Notes: generated from the letters alone by a model not told the origin. A stretch of DNA of 64,000 bases from Camelus ferus (GCF_009834535.1 NC_045696.1:109866001-109930000), one strand, 5' to 3'; shown: positions 1 through 13,334, counted from the first letter of the stretch. Made by a program: numbers and translations.

Positions 1-199
1 AACTACGGTTGGAATAATATGTGGCCATTTAAAAGGAAGATTTTGGAGGCTTTGCAACAACATGCAAAACCACATATAATGTCACATTAAGTGGAAGGTA
101 GACCACCATTTAAGCCAAGAGAGGTGGTGTGGGGATGTGAGATGGTGACCAAAAATATGGATTTTCTAGCTAGATAGATAGACTGGCCATTCATTCCCC

Positions 200-600
200 A
201 TTCTCCTCACTCACGTGCTGTGTGATCATCTGCAAGTTACTTAACTTCTCTGAGCTTGAGTTCCTTCTTTTTAAAAATGTAGATAGCATATATAAAAATA
301 GATAAAAACAAATTTCTTCTGTATAGCACAGGGAACTATATTCAATATCTTATAACAACCTTTAATGAAAAAACATGAAAATGAATATATATATACACAC
401 ATGACTGGGACATTGTGCTGTACACCAGAAATTGACACATTGTAGCTGACTATACTTCAATTAAAAAAATAAATAAAAATAAAAATTTAAAAAATGTAAA
501 TAGTAATACAAGCTAGATTGTCTTGAGTCTTGGATAAGCTAATGTATATAAATGTGCCAGGCATAAATCAGATTAGGAGCTCAGCAAATATTAGTTTCCT
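200..600 (+). mobile_element. MIR SINE interrupted by an L1 3' end
   Basis: MIR core gctgtgtgatcatctgcaagttacttaacttctctgagctt; resumes after the L1 with aataca...taatgtatataaatgtgccaggca. Confidence 0.7.
287..489 (+). mobile_element. Young L1 3' UTR fragment
   Basis: tgtatagcacagggaactatattcaa...gactatacttcaattaaaaaa tail; TSD aaaaatgta(g/a)atag at ~273-286 and ~490-503. Confidence 0.88.
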
Positions 601-1043
601 TCTCCTTTTTAAGTTGTGTGTATGCATTTTTTAATTTCATAAAAAGACTTGAAGAAAATAATAAAATTAAAGACTTTTAAAAATTTTCTGAACTTTTTCA
701 GTTACCTGTTTCTATGTAACAGACCAGTCTAAAACTTGATGCCTTAAAACAATCCTTTTTATCATATTCCACAGTTGTCACAAAAGTCAGGAGTCTGTAC
801 AAGTGTTGGCCAGGTGATTCTTCTGTTCCACGTGGCATTTGTTGAGGCCACTCTGTGGTATTTATCTGGTGATGGGGCTGGTCAGGAGGGTTAAGACAGC
901 TTCCTCATTCACAGGTCTGAGGCCTTGGTGAAGATGACTGGGTGGCTGGGCTCAGCTGAACTACTGGCCAGGAGAGAAGTGAATCACAGGACGAGAACTT
1001 AGAATATGTAAACGTGTGAAGTTGTGAAAGTCCAGAGCAAGTA

Positions 1044-1309
1044 CAGGCGTACCTGGAAGACATTTTGGGTTTAGTCCAGATCACTGCAAGAAAGCAAATA
1101 TCTTGGTAAAGTGAGTCACATGAATTTTTTTGGTTTTCCAGTGCATATAAAAGTTATGTCTATGCTATACAGTAGTTATTAAGCATACAATAGCTTTGTC
1201 TTTATTGCTAAAAAGTGCTAACCATCATCTGATAGTGCAGGGTTGTCACAGATCTTCAATTTGTAAAAATTGCAGTACTGGCAAAGCACAATAAAATGAA
1301 GTGTACCTG
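1044..1309 (-). mobile_element. Tigger1 internal-deletion derivative (TcMar-Tigger)
   Basis: TA|caggcgtacct start and ...gtgtacctg end; both Tigger1 termini are recognisable and the interior is deleted. Confidence 0.8.
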
Positions 1310-2993
1310 TGCTTCAAAATGACAGGGTGCTTTGGCGTGTCAAATGAAGGGAAGTTTACATCTGTTCGAGAGATTCTGAAAAGGCCCTCATATGGACCTT
1401 AGAGGGTGTGGGAGAGTTCCCAGACCAAGTTGGGATGGAAGGCATCTTAGAGGAAATAAAAAAGGAACCAGCAAAGGCATGAATGTGGGAGAACAAGGGA
1501 CCTGTTTGGGCATGAAGGAGTAGATAAATTCAGAATGACAGTCACAGGGGTAAGTCTGAATAAGATGTTCTGTGTAAGATTTTGAGTGTCAGGATGAGGT
1601 GAGATCTGTTTAACTCCATAGGCAGAGGGGAAGTCTCACTTGCTTGAGCAGAAAAACTCAAGATTCCTACAGGGGTCAGGCAAGTGAGTCAAGTAATCTG
1701 GGTATAAAAATAATCACCTGGGACTCAGCGTTGTCACAGCTTCCAGGGTTGTGGGCCCACTTGACCAGATTCTTTGATATTCCACAAGGAGTAAAACATC
1801 TGGATTCTTAGGTAAAACTTCTCACTTTTAAACTGTTTACAACTACTTAAAAACTGTGTGCAAGCTGAATAAAATTTGTCTGCGGGCCGGATGAAGCCTG
1901 TGGGCGTCCCGTCTCCTTGGATGTTTGTGGCGCTGACCTGCTGTTGAAAGAGCAGCTGGGGCAGGGGAGGGAGACCAGGGAAAGGCCGCATCAGGGGACT
2001 CAGCTGCTTTGTTTCTCTTTCTATTCTGACAAGGAAATCCAAGGGGATTCATCTCCAGTGTGTTTTTGCATGTGTTTTTTGTTTTGTTTTTGCCTTTCGG
2101 ACTCATTTCTACCCCAGCACTGGTTTGCCAGGGAATTTTGGATCGGGCCTGGCAGCTGCTCTCACTTTTCAGGTCTTCTAACTGGAAAATCTTATATACC
2201 CCATCCTTTTTCAATGGCTAGTTGCTCATGGGGTGAGGCCTCATATAAACATTCTTTGTGCGTGCAGGTGTGTGTGTACGTCTTTAAGAGTTCTTCTTTC
2301 TGAAGAATTCAGAATTAACAGCAGGTCTTCTGGGCTGAACTTTCTGAACCTGGCATGAGCTGACTCTTCCAGAAACAGAACCCTCTGCCTGCTGTAGTCT
2401 CGAGGTAGGCCAGTGACTGAACTCTTAATCTTGGCTGATTACCTCGGATCCAGAGGCTGTCAGCAAACCACGGTAGAGGAAAATGCTCTACTACATTGAT
2501 GTCTGTGTGTTGAGATGACAGATAACATGATGAAGAAATATTAGAAGCAGCAGAGCTGGGTTAGGGTATTTTATTTGCCCGGTGACCTTTGTCAATTCAC
2601 CTCCCTCCTCTGTGTCTCAGTTCCTTCATCTGTAATATTTTAACCAGGAGTATTCGCCTCCTGGGGAATTGTGAGGAGTCAGTGAGGCCGTGGATGCAGA
2701 AGTGCCTCACACCCAGCTGTGCTGGATCAGAGAAGAAAAAATGAAGATATCAGAGCTAAGGGAACGTGGACTGAAATTTTGACTCCACTACTTCTTTTTT
2801 CCAAAAAAAAAAAATCCAGATTTACTCAGCAGACATTTTAATTAAGAAATCCTATCAATCAGGACCACCACAATTTCAGATACCCCGGTGTGAAGTTTAT
2901 GTCAATAGCCACATCTGGAGGATGAACAAACTGTTGAATCTTCAAAAAAAAAAAAAAAAAACCCAAAACTTTAGCTTCCACTACTTCTTTTTT

Positions 2994-3421
2994 AAAAGTC
3001 GACATCTGTGTTCATTACGAAGCAGTCATCACCCAAAGTCTGGCTACCATCCATGACCATACACTTGACCCCCTTCACCAATTTTGTACCCCCAACCCCC
3101 TCAACCACCCTCCCCTCTGGTAACCACCAATCTATTCTCTGTGACTATCAGGTTTTTTTTTTTTTTTTAACATTTTTTTATTTAGTTACAGTCATTTTAC
3201 AATATTGTGTCAAATTCCAGTGCAGAGCACAATTTTTCAGTTATACATGAACATACATATATTCGTTGTTACATTTTGTTTTCTCTGTGAGCTACCACAA
3301 GATCTTGTATATATTTCCCTGTGCTGTACAGTGTTTTTGTTTTGTTTTGTTTGTTTGTTTAGCTTCCACATATGAGTGAAATCTTGATTTTTTTTGTCTT
3401 TCACCTTCTGACTTATTTCAC
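2994..3421 (-). mobile_element. Older L1 3' UTR with a younger L1 3' end nested at ~3155-3330
   Basis: ctcccctctggtaaccacc...ttccacatatgagtgaaatc (older element) is interrupted by polyT-...atatttccctgtgctgtacag. Target motif ttgactccacta at 2779-2790 and 3422-3433. Confidence 0.75.
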
Positions 3422-3737
3422 TTGACTCCACTATTTATTATAACAGCTACCATGTGTTCAGTAATTACTAAGTACCAGGCTCTGAGGATTACCTTTTAAA
3501 ATCCTTGCAACAACTCAGCATGGATGGAGAGATGATTATTATTATCCTTACTTTACAAATGAGGCGACAGAGGCACAGAGAGGCTAAGTAACTTACCCAA
3601 GGCCTCCCAGCTAAGTGGGGAAGCCAAGCTATCTGATTCCAGAGCCTCTACTTTCTAGCTATGTGAGTTAAGACAAGCCCAGTAATCTTCCTGCGACTCA
3701 ATTTCTGATCTGTAAAACTGGTAAATCTTTGAGAAGA

Positions 3738-4131
3738 CTGTGTCTCCCCAGAAGTTATTGAAGTCCTAACACTTGGTGCCTGTGAAGGTGACCTTATTTG
3801 GAAATACGGTTTAGATCAAGTTAAGATGAGGTCATTAGGATGAGGAATTTGGACACAGAGACAGACACACAGGGCAAATGCCATCTGAACACGAAGGCAG
3901 AGATCCGGGTGATACACCAACAAGCCAAGGAATGCCAAATATTGCCTGCAAACCACCGGAAGCTAGGGGAGAGGCTTGGAACAGATTCACCCTCACAGCC
4001 CTCAGAAGGAACCCACCCTACCGACACCTTAGTTTTGGACATCTAGCCTCCAGAACTGTAAGAGAATACATTTCTGTTGTTTTCAGCCACCCTGTTTGCG
4101 GCATTTGGTTACGGCATCTCCAGGGAACTAA
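3738..4131 (+). mobile_element. MaLR LTR (MLT1B/C-like)
   Basis: gtgaccttatttggaaata...gttaagatgaggtcat...tagcctccagaactgtaagagaatacatttctgttgtttt...actaaca. Confidence 0.85.
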
Positions 4132-4882
4132 CAGCTCGGAGCATGGTACCTGTGTGTTCATTTACTTTGCAGTACGTCTCTGGGTCTCTGGGTGTACACG
4201 GCAGTCTGCCTCTGCGCGTGCCGGGTGCTCTGCACGTGTGCAGCCCCGTGGCCTAACTATACACAGAGTCAGCCTAACACAACATTAGGAGGTGGACCAA
4301 GGTCAGCTTTTGGGGGTCTCACCTGCCTTTTGTGCTCCCCTGGCTTAAGCTCCCACTGCTCTTGTGCTACCCGGAGCAGGGCAGAATGTCTTCAATAAAC
4401 TCATTCAGAAGAAGGTGCTAGTGAATATTTTGTCTCTTCCAAATGAATTAGCCACACAGAAAGGTGAAATCTCAGAACCTTGGTGCCTGGTTGGAAAAGA
4501 TTTTAGGTCAAGACCTCTCAGCATCCCTTCCCCGCAAAACCATCTGCAAGTCCTACAGACCCAGCACCCCATCCATACATGCTGCTGGGATCAAGGGACA
4601 CTTTCTAGTGGAGAAGGTGATTTAAGCAGCCTGGCTAAGCACCTCAAGCCTTCAGGGAAATCAGGACAGCCTCGGAGAGCATTTGGAAATGGAGAGGCAG
4701 GAGGACCTTGTGTCCCCAAGAGATTCATTGTTAAAGTTTAGAGAACAATTAGAGTTGGAATGAGCTCACCCAGCAGCAGCCAGGGGCCCTGCCCTGCACT
4801 GTTCTTCAGGAACCCGAGAAGCAGGATTCCCTCAGGTTGATTTCCACGAAAGGAAAAGAAATTCCCAAACAGAAAGATCAGC

Positions 4883-5040
4883 GGGGAGGGTATAGCTCAG
4901 TGGTAGAGCACGTGCTTAACATGCAGAAGGTCCTGGGTTCAATGCCCAGTACCTCCATTAAAATAAAAATAAATAAATGAATAAACCTAATTACCTCCCT
5001 CCAAAACAAACAAACATAAATAAAATTAAAAAATAAACAA
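4883..5040 (+). mobile_element. Camelid tRNA-derived SINE (vic-1-like)
   Basis: ggggagggtatagctcagtggtagag (A box)...gggttcaatgcccagtacctcc (B box), then an A-rich region with aacctaattacctcc. Confidence 0.9.
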
Positions 5041-5144
5041 AAGATCCAAACAGAAAAGTCATCACAGCTGTTTACAACAGGGTGAGAGCATGATCTGTTG
5101 GTGTCCCCTGTTCCTGATACCTATTAGGGCAAAACAAACCACCT

Positions 5145-6270
5145 GTATAAGTTACCTATTGCCGTTAACAAATTACCCTAAATTTAGCAGCTTGGAATAA
5201 CATTCACTGTCTCACAGTTTCTGGGGGTCACCTTACCTGGGCGGTTCTGGATCAGGGTCCTTCATGAGGTTGCATTCGAACTGTCGGCTGAGGCTGCAGT
5301 CTTCCGAAGCACCGCTGGGGCTGGTGCATTTGCCCCCAAGTTGGCTCCCTCGTGTGGCTTTCGGTAGGAGTCCTTGGTTTCTTGTTCCCTGTTGTCTAGA
5401 AACCTCAGTTCCTCACCACATAGGTGTAGGGTGACCAGTCATTTTTATTTGCCCAGGACTGAGGAGGCTCTCAGGATGTGAGACTTTCTGTCTAAAGCCA
5501 GGAAAGTCCTGGGCAACCTGGGGACGAGTTGTCAACTTCTCTCCCAGCAGGTTGCTCACAGTGTGAAGAGTGATCTGAGAGAGTGGCCAAGACAGGGGCC
5601 ACAGGCCTTTGATGATCTAATCTTGAAAGTAACGTGCCATGCCTCAATCTGCTGTATTCTGTCGGTCACACAGACCAGCCTTGGTACCATGTGCCAAGCA
5701 AATATAAAGGTGTAAATATCAGGAGAGGGCCATCAGTGGAGCCATCTTGGAGGCAGGCTACCATTACCCTGAAACTCAGTGGTTTAAAGCAACCACCGTG
5801 TTAGTATCTCTCATGAGTCTGTGGGTTAACAGGGCTCAGCTGGGTGGTTCTTCTTCCCCCACATGATGTCTGTTGAAGCTGCAGTCACTGGGGCTCAATT
5901 GGGCTGGAATCCCAGATGACTCATTCCCATGGCTGGCAGTTCACGCTTGCTGTTGGCTAAGAGCTTGGTGGAGGCTGCAAATAGGAGAGTCTTGATTCTC
6001 CTCCATGTGACCTTTCCACATGGCTTGAGCTAGATTCTGCAAGGGAACATCCCAAGAACAAGCTTGTAAGAGAAAGGAAACAGACGCTACCAAATTGCCT
6101 AAGACTTGAGATCAGAAGTCCTTGAACATCTTATACTGCATTCCATTGGCCAAGGCAGTCATAGGGACAGCATAGATTTAAGGAAAGGGGAAATAAATCA
6201 TGCTTCTAGATGTGAGGAACAGCATATGTTTATAGTGAGGGAAGGAATTACTAGAGGTTACCACCCTCCT
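5145..6270 (-). mobile_element. Cluster of MaLR LTRs (MLT1F/G/H-like) with a small hAT element (MER94-like, ~5427-5540)
   Basis: acaaattaccctaaatttagcagctt...ctcacagtttctg; a second LTR from ~5762 (aactcagtggtttaaagcaacc); tagggtgacc...ccaggaaagtcctgggc insert. Confidence 0.65.
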
Positions 6271-6819
6271 TAATGGGGGCTACCACTCCCTAAAGATTGT
6301 GCTACAGGGTCTCTCACTGGTGAATGTACAAAATGCTCACAGGCGGAGAGGCACTCTTTGATTCCTGAATCTATAATCCTGTTTTTATTTTTAAAAAAAT
6401 ATTTTTGAATTAAAAAAATTACACAAGTAACTACGTAATGATGTTCATTATAAGTAATTATAAAATATACAGATGAGCACAATAAAAAAAACTCTAAAAT
6501 TCTAGCACCTAAAGACAATACTATATAATTTTGGTACATAGCATCCTTGAATTCATTCTATGAAAAAATAATTTAAAAAATAAACTTATTTTACAAAAAT
6601 GGAACCACTCTGTACCTACTGTTTTTGAACCTGCCATATTCTCTTAAAGCTGCATTGTGAATATCTTTCTGTGACAGTTTAATATAGTGCGACCTCAGTT
6701 TAAGAGTTGAATAGTATTTCATTGTATATCTACCAACCAAGATTCTTGATTGCAACGCCAGAAACCAATTGTGGTTAACCTAATTAGCAAAAAGGGACAT
6801 TTTTGGAAGGGTATGGAGC

Positions 6820-7570
6820 TACTTCTGTATAACAATCCACAAAACTTGGTGGAATCAATCACCATTTTGATGCACGTACATTCTGTGGGTCAGGAATTCT
6901 AACAGGACACAGCAGGGATGATGCCACAAAGTCTGAGGCCTCAGCTTGGAAAACTCAAACTAGGAGTTAGATGAAAGGCTGAGGTGGGGGGTAGGGTGAT
7001 GAATCATCTGGAGGCTTCTTAAGGGGGAAGGTGTAGCTCAGTGGTAGAGTGCATGACTTGTGCCCAGCATGCACAAGGTCATGGGCTCAATCCCCAGTAA
7101 CTCCAGTAAGTAAAAATAAATAAATAAATAAATAATTACCTCCTCCCTAGAAAACAAAACAAAACAAAACAAAATAAACCCCACAAAACATCTGGAGGCT
7201 TCTTCACACACATGTCTGAAGATTGTCTGGAGATTGGGCTGACAGGACTTGAACCTTGGGCTGAGCTGGGACTCTTGATCAGAGTGCCTATATATGGTCC
7301 CTCTACATGGCTTGGGCTTTCTCAGAGCGTGGTGGCCTCTGGCTAGTCAGATACTCACAAGGTGGCTCAGTGGCCCAGTAGCTGGTTTTCTAGCAGGCAG
7401 AAAGGAAGCTGCAGGGCCTTTCATGACTTGGCCCTGGAAGTCACTTCCACCGTAGTCCATTGATTGAAGTGGTCACAAACTTGCCCCGATTCAAGGGGAA
7501 GGGACATAGTCTTTGCTTCCCAATGGGAGGAGTATCAAAGAATTTGTGGTCATATTCTAAAATCACCATA
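6820..7570 (-). mobile_element. MaLR LTR (MLT1G/H-like) interrupted by a SINE
   Basis: ttctgtgggtcaggaattc...ggcctttcatgacttggccctggaagtcacttccacc...ttcaaggggaagggacatag. Confidence 0.7.
7021..7188 (+). mobile_element. vic-1-like SINE
   Basis: A and B boxes; perfect 16-bp TSD catctggaggcttctt at 7005-7020 and 7189-7204. Confidence 0.92.
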
Positions 7571-8514
7571 ATTAAGATTTGCTAAGCTGCTTTATCAAAG
7601 CAAGTTCAATTTAGAGTGATTTAATGAATACAGAGGTGTATTCATCTCTCGCACATACAGTTCCAAGTGAGTAGTCTAGGTCACTGAGGCAGCTGTGTCC
7701 CACCAGATACTTACCTCTATGCCGCCGGAATCTAGGCTCCACCACAAACATGCAATCTTGAAAAGCACTAACTGTCCCTGGGCCTTTGTGGGCAAACCTT
7801 AGATGGGAGCATCTTACTGGCCGCTCAGCTCACATGCTTGCACCTTGCCCTCCAGGGAGCAGGAAGTAGGCATATCTGCCTTCCTCCTGCTTCTCTAGTG
7901 GAAAGCAGGGGCGCTTCTTTCCTATCTCAGAATTTCCTCCTGAAAGAAAGGATGATCAGATGCTAGATACCCTAAAAGCAACAAATATCCAGTAGAATAT
8001 GGATGTATAATATCCCACTGCCTATTGATAGACATTTGGATGGATAAGCTTCTATTGATAAGATGTTATTTACGCTGTTGGAAGGAACATTGAAACATCT
8101 TTGAATACTTGTAAGATATTTTTTCCCTTTAAGGTACATTCCAAGGAGTCATGTCATAGCTTATAATTTCTGTATCTAGTCCTACAGGATCCCACTAAAG
8201 AGGGCAACCTCCTCCTTTTCTTCAAGTCATGGTGGCAACTCAGCAATTTGTCTAAACTTGGGCGAAAGAATGAAGAGCTTCAGCATGTACTATCGATGAT
8301 GTCCCAGGATTGAGTGTCCATGTGTCCGGATGATAACTCACTCTTGCTTATGGAGCATTGTGTGAAGGCTTTGCATATACTGTCTTGCTTAGTTTTCACA
8401 TCACTCTGATCAGGAAAGCATTATCTTCACTTGATAGAGAAGCTTAGGCGCCAAGAGATTAGGTAATTTATCGAAAGCCTTAGAGCTGAAACAGTCCTTT
8501 GAACGATTTCCTCC

Positions 8515-8876
8515 CCCTTGGAACACTTGCTCTTAGGACACTCCCTCTCCTAGACCAGCTGCCATATTGTGGGAAGCCCAAGCCGCAAGAAGAGGCTTTG
8601 TATAGACCTTTCAGTCAACATCCCCATCTAAGCTCCCAGCTGCCCGCCAGCATCAGTTTCCAGCCACCTTAGTGAGCCAGCTTAGGACTCTTGCCCAGCT
8701 CTTCAGCCCAGTTGAGCCCCCGGATGGCTGCGGCCCCAACCACCATCACACGGAGCAGAACTGCTCAGTTGAGCTCAGTCAATCCAAAGACTGGTGAGAA
8801 CTAATAATAAAATAGCTTTTGTGTTAAGTCACTAAGTTTTGATAAGATTTGTTGCATAGCAGAGGGTAACCAAATA
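8515..8876 (+). mobile_element. MaLR LTR (MLT1G/H-like)
   Basis: cagctgccatattgtgggaagcccaag...ttaagtcactaagttttg...ttgttgcatagcag. Confidence 0.7.
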
Positions 8877-9520
8877 GGTGGGGAGCTACTCATTCTTGGA
8901 TGAGTCCCAGCAGAGCGTGAAGAGGGGAACTGCTCTGGGGGAACTGGGGAAGGGGACCTTTGATGATCCTTGTGAGTTCAGTGCACTAGGCTGGGTCTGT
9001 GCATGACAGTTTTCCTTGTTTCCGTCCTCAGACGGGAAAAATTTCACTGAGTCACCAGTCTGGGAGGAGAATCTGTTTAAATGAGTTAACAGGAATCTGG
9101 CAATTTTCCCAAAGCAAATCATGTTGATTTTCACTACAAAGAAGGAATTGCTTAATGCTGTAAAAACTCACATAAACAGTCATAGCTTTATGACTGATTT
9201 GCTATATTTTCAAATTCCAAAAATGTAGCCATAATAACCATCATAAAAAAATCAATAGTGCTTGAAAATGCTTAAACATTGTGCACGGTTCCTGAGGATC
9301 ATAAGAATGTCCTTATCTTTTGCAGTTCCACAGACCTGTGGGCAGGAAGTGGTGCCAATAAGACCTTTGGGTAGCCCCAGTTGGCATGTGGATCCCAAAG
9401 CAAAATTCAACTTCTCTCTCCCATTCAAAGAGCAGAAGAGGACACTCACAACAGGTCAGTAAGATGGTGGTCTTACTAATCGTAGGCATTTGCTTTCTAT
9501 CCCTCACCTCTCAGTCCCTT

Positions 9521-9709
9521 CCAGTTGAGTGGTTTTCAAATCTAGGGGCATCAAAATCATTTGGGAGGTATGTAACAAATGCAAAATTCCAGGGTTCTTC
9601 CCGCAAAGATGCCCACTCTGTAAGTCTGGATTGAGATACCAGTAGTTTTTAGCAAGAACCAGTTGATTCTTCCTTTGATGGGCCCCATAGCACATCTTGA
9701 AGAGCACTA
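9521..9709. mobile_element. MER5-type hAT-Charlie MITE
   Basis: agtggttttcaaa...catcaaaatcatttgggagg...aaatgcaaaattcc...cttgaagagcact. Confidence 0.6.
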
Positions 9710-9744
9710 TAATCTCGGGTCTTTCCTAATAGCATAGAATAGAG

Positions 9745-9871
9745 GGAGGAGGGTATAGCTCAGTGGTAGAGTGCATGCTTAGCATGCACAAGGTCCTGGG
9801 TTCAATCGCCAGTACCTCCATTAAAAAATATATTTAAAAAAAGTAACAAATAAAAGCAAGATTAAAAAAAA
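9745..9871 (+). mobile_element. vic-1-like SINE
   Basis: gggtatagctcagtggtagagtgcatgcttagcatgcacaaggtcctgggttcaatc; degenerate TSD agcatagaatagag / agcatgggatagag. Confidence 0.92.
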
Positions 9872-10179
9872 AGCATGGGATAGAGATGGGGAGAGCCCTC
9901 TCTAAGCCAAAGCTTCAGAGAATAGGATGGGCCTTGGAAGGGGATCAAGATGGGATTTTTGGATTCTAAGCCAGGAAGGATCAAACAAACCCATCTGGAG
10001 CAAATGGTTTTCAAACTGTGTTTCTTAGAACTCGAAGGGGTTTCTCAGACATGCTATCACCTCCACCCACTCTGGCAGCTTCTCTTTAACCTCTTTTACT
10101 ATAGTAGGTTTCCAAGAAAGATCTCATTAGAAGAAAAGGTTTTAAAACTACTAAATTCTCTCCCTGCTTAAAGATAGCA

Positions 10180-11215
10180 TCAGGCTGGTGAGGATGAGGA
10201 ACAAGTAGACCCCTCATACCTTGGTGGTGAGAATGAAAAATGGTACAGCCACTGGAAAATAGTTTGGTGGTTCCTGAATAAGTTAAACAGAATTACCGTA
10301 CGTGTTAGCCTGCTCAGGATGCTGTAACAAAATACCATAAATTGAGTGGCTTAAACAACAGATATTTATTTCTCACAGTTCCAGAGGCTGGAAGTATAAG
10401 ATCAGGGCTAGGTTATTGGTGAGGACCCTCTTCCTGGCTTAGATGATTGCCTCTTGCTCTGTCCTCACATGGGTGGGCAGGGGTTGGGGGTTGGATGGGA
10501 GAACTCTGGTCTCTTCCTCTTCTTCCAAGGGCACTAATATCACCACAGGGGCCCCACCCTCATGACCTCATCTAAACTTAAATCACCTCACATATGCCCT
10601 ACCACCAAATACATCACACTGGAGGTTAGGGCTTCAACATATGAATTCTGGGAGGACACAGACATTCAGTTCATAACACCGTTTGACCCAGCAATTCTAC
10701 TCCTGGGTATATACCCCAGAGAGTTGGAAACAGACACTCAAACAGATGCTTGTACACACACGCTCATTGACTCTCTGGCTATTTACAACAGCTCAAAGGT
10801 GGAAACAACCCAAATGTCCATCAACTGATGAATGGATTAAAGTGGCATATCTCTACAATGAAATACTACTTAGCCATAAAAAGGAATAAAGTACTGATAC
10901 TTGAACCTTGAAAACATTATTGCTAAGTGAAAGAAGCCAGTCACAAAAGGCTGCATAATTATATGATTCCATTTATATGAAATATTCAGAATAGGCAAAT
11001 CCATAGAGACAGAAGGCAGATTAGTGGTTGCCAGGGGCTAGGGAGTGGGGAATGGGGGGTGACTGCTTAATGGGTCAGGTATTTTTTTGGAGGGTGATGA
11101 AAATGCCCTGGAACTAGATAATGGCGATTGTCGCACCACATTGTGAATGTACTAAATGTCATTGATGGCAGGCTTTATGTTACACACATTTACAGCAACA
11201 ACAACAACAACAAAA
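10180..11215 (+). mobile_element. L1MB-like 3' fragment split by an MLT1A LTR
   Basis: ORF2 end and 3' UTR motifs (tgacccagcaattctactcctgggtatatac, gctaagtgaaagaagccagtcacaaaag, ggcaaatccatagagacagaa). Confidence 0.85.
10301..10678 (-). mobile_element. MLT1A-like MaLR solo LTR
   Basis: gctgtaacaaaataccata...ggcttcaacatatgaatt...cattcagttcataaca; 5-bp TSD ccgta/ccgtt. Confidence 0.88.
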
Positions 11216-13334
11216 ATCCCAATCAACCGATCTAGAAGGACCATCTCATTTTTTTACTGAGAAGGAAGCTGAGGTCAGAAAAGGGGAAATGGCCGCGTGA
11301 GGTCACCCAGCCTGTCAGAGGTAAAGCCAAGGCTGGTGAACCCAGCCCACCACAGTGGGCTGCCTCTCTTCCGCAGTGTTCCTGATCCTCTACCCACAAG
11401 CCCTACCGAAAAAGCTAAGATCCAGGATCATGCTAAGGCCTGAGCTACACTTCACTCCATAATTTTTGCAGCCAAGCCCCCTGCTTCCCAAGCAAATGTC
11501 CACCTTGCCCACCCATAAGCTGGGCCAGCCTTTCCTCTGGTATCTCCAGCATCCATTCCCTTCAAGAGTGTGGGGGAGAGACAAACTCATTTCTAGCTTC
11601 TTCCTTGAGTAAATCTTCCTAAGAGCCTGGCTGCAGCTGCAGCTTTCCGACGGGGTTGATAAGAGCTGGGTGGAGCAGATTCCTTACATTACAAACATTG
11701 CTTAGTTTCCCAAACTCCAGCTGAGCAGACAGTCTGGAGGAGCTAGTGGTGGGCTGGGTAGGATGACACCCAGCCATATGCATTTGTGCAGCTGGCTCTT
11801 CTGTCTGGCTGTTGGGCCATATGCACCTATCAAGTAGTAGGTGCTTAATAAAGATTCCAGGGCACAGTGGTTCCTGTCTCGGGGGTCATCTTGGGACTGT
11901 CGTCTTCATTCTAGTTAAAAGAGTTTAGGAAAAAGCCTCATGTTCCTCAGTGCCCTTGAGTGTAAAAGACTCAGGGTAAGCTTGTACGTGAAGTGAGAGT
12001 CATTTATCGGGTCCCCATCTGAGGTGGAATTAATCATCATTCTGGGAGGTAACAGAAAGGGTGTAACTCATTTGCATTCGCATTACTGTGAACTTTTAGA
12101 GATCGAGTCTTCTGAGGAAATCCCTTCCGGGTCTCAAAAAATTACTAAGGCTTTTGTTCTGTCCCAGATCCTAATCTTTCCTTATATCTCTGAGTAATAG
12201 CGTCCAAACTGATCATGGATTTTTTAAAAAGTATTTTAAAAAAAGTATAAAAAGCAAAACACGCAAAACCATGCAAAAGGGCACTTGCAGGACCTAAGAA
12301 AGTTGGCTGTCTGGAGATTTACTGAACTCAGCAGCTGAGAACTCCCACTGAGAAGGGAAACCTAGGTCTGCCCAGTTGTGTTCAGAACCTGCGTCAGCGT
12401 GGGAATGGGGCAGGCACATTCCCTCAGTCCTGACAAGGTGACTATCTTTGCTCAGATTATCTAACACCTTGAACTTGAACTTGGAGATTGGCTTCACTCA
12501 GCAGGGGTGAACGGAGACATGAAGGAAGACAGCAGAGCCGCAGTGGCTGCAGTTTCTAAATTGCCATTTGGGATAAAGCAGGAAAGGAGAGAATTGCTCC
12601 AATGCAGTGGTTTGGGGTGAGTATTTAGAACCTGAGGCTGGGGCTGACCTTGGTGGTTGTGTGCGATTTCCCTGCTGTGCGGACAGAGGCCTGGATGCAG
12701 ACTTTCCTTTCCCAGGACAGAGAAGCTCAGAAACACTGTAGACTTCATTGCTAACTGGGGATTTCGAAGTGCACAACTCTGCTCAGTGCTCTGAGAAGTC
12801 CTGCAGAAGAGAAATCTGCTTTGCTGTTCTTTAACCCAGTGTTTCCCAGTTATTTGACCTCGGAATTTCTCCCTCACCCCGTTTATAACACTTACTTATA
12901 TCCTGTGAAAGCCAGGTTTCCAAGAAATGCGAGGAAATGCCTCTCTGTCCTGTGGAGTTGGTTCTGGCCCCTGATGCCCTACAGTGAGCAGTGACGGGGA
13001 TATTCGGGCAGGACACACTGTGTTAGACCCTGCTGCGATAACGCAGGAAAGAGCACCGTGTGCTGTACTTGTCGGGCTCCCTCCCACACTAGGATGTTGT
13101 GATTCTGTCCTCACCGACCAGGATACATGGATACTGACATTTACTGAGCTCCAGGTTCTAGGAGGGTTTCCTATGTCATCCATGTAATCTTCCCTCAACT
13201 CTGTTGTCCCCTTTTTACCAACGATGAAATTGAGTCTCTGAGAGGTTATATAAGGTAGTCACTCAGTTAAGTCTGTGGCAGAGCTAAGATTCAGGCTGAG
13301 GATTGTGGGACTCTGTGCTGGAATTCCCTCCTCG

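Noticed and set aside
9745..9820. tRNA gene (A and B boxes, tRNA-Ala-like head), here and at eight other sites
   Set aside because: A-rich tails, TSDs and dispersed diverged copies show these are SINEs, not tRNA genes.
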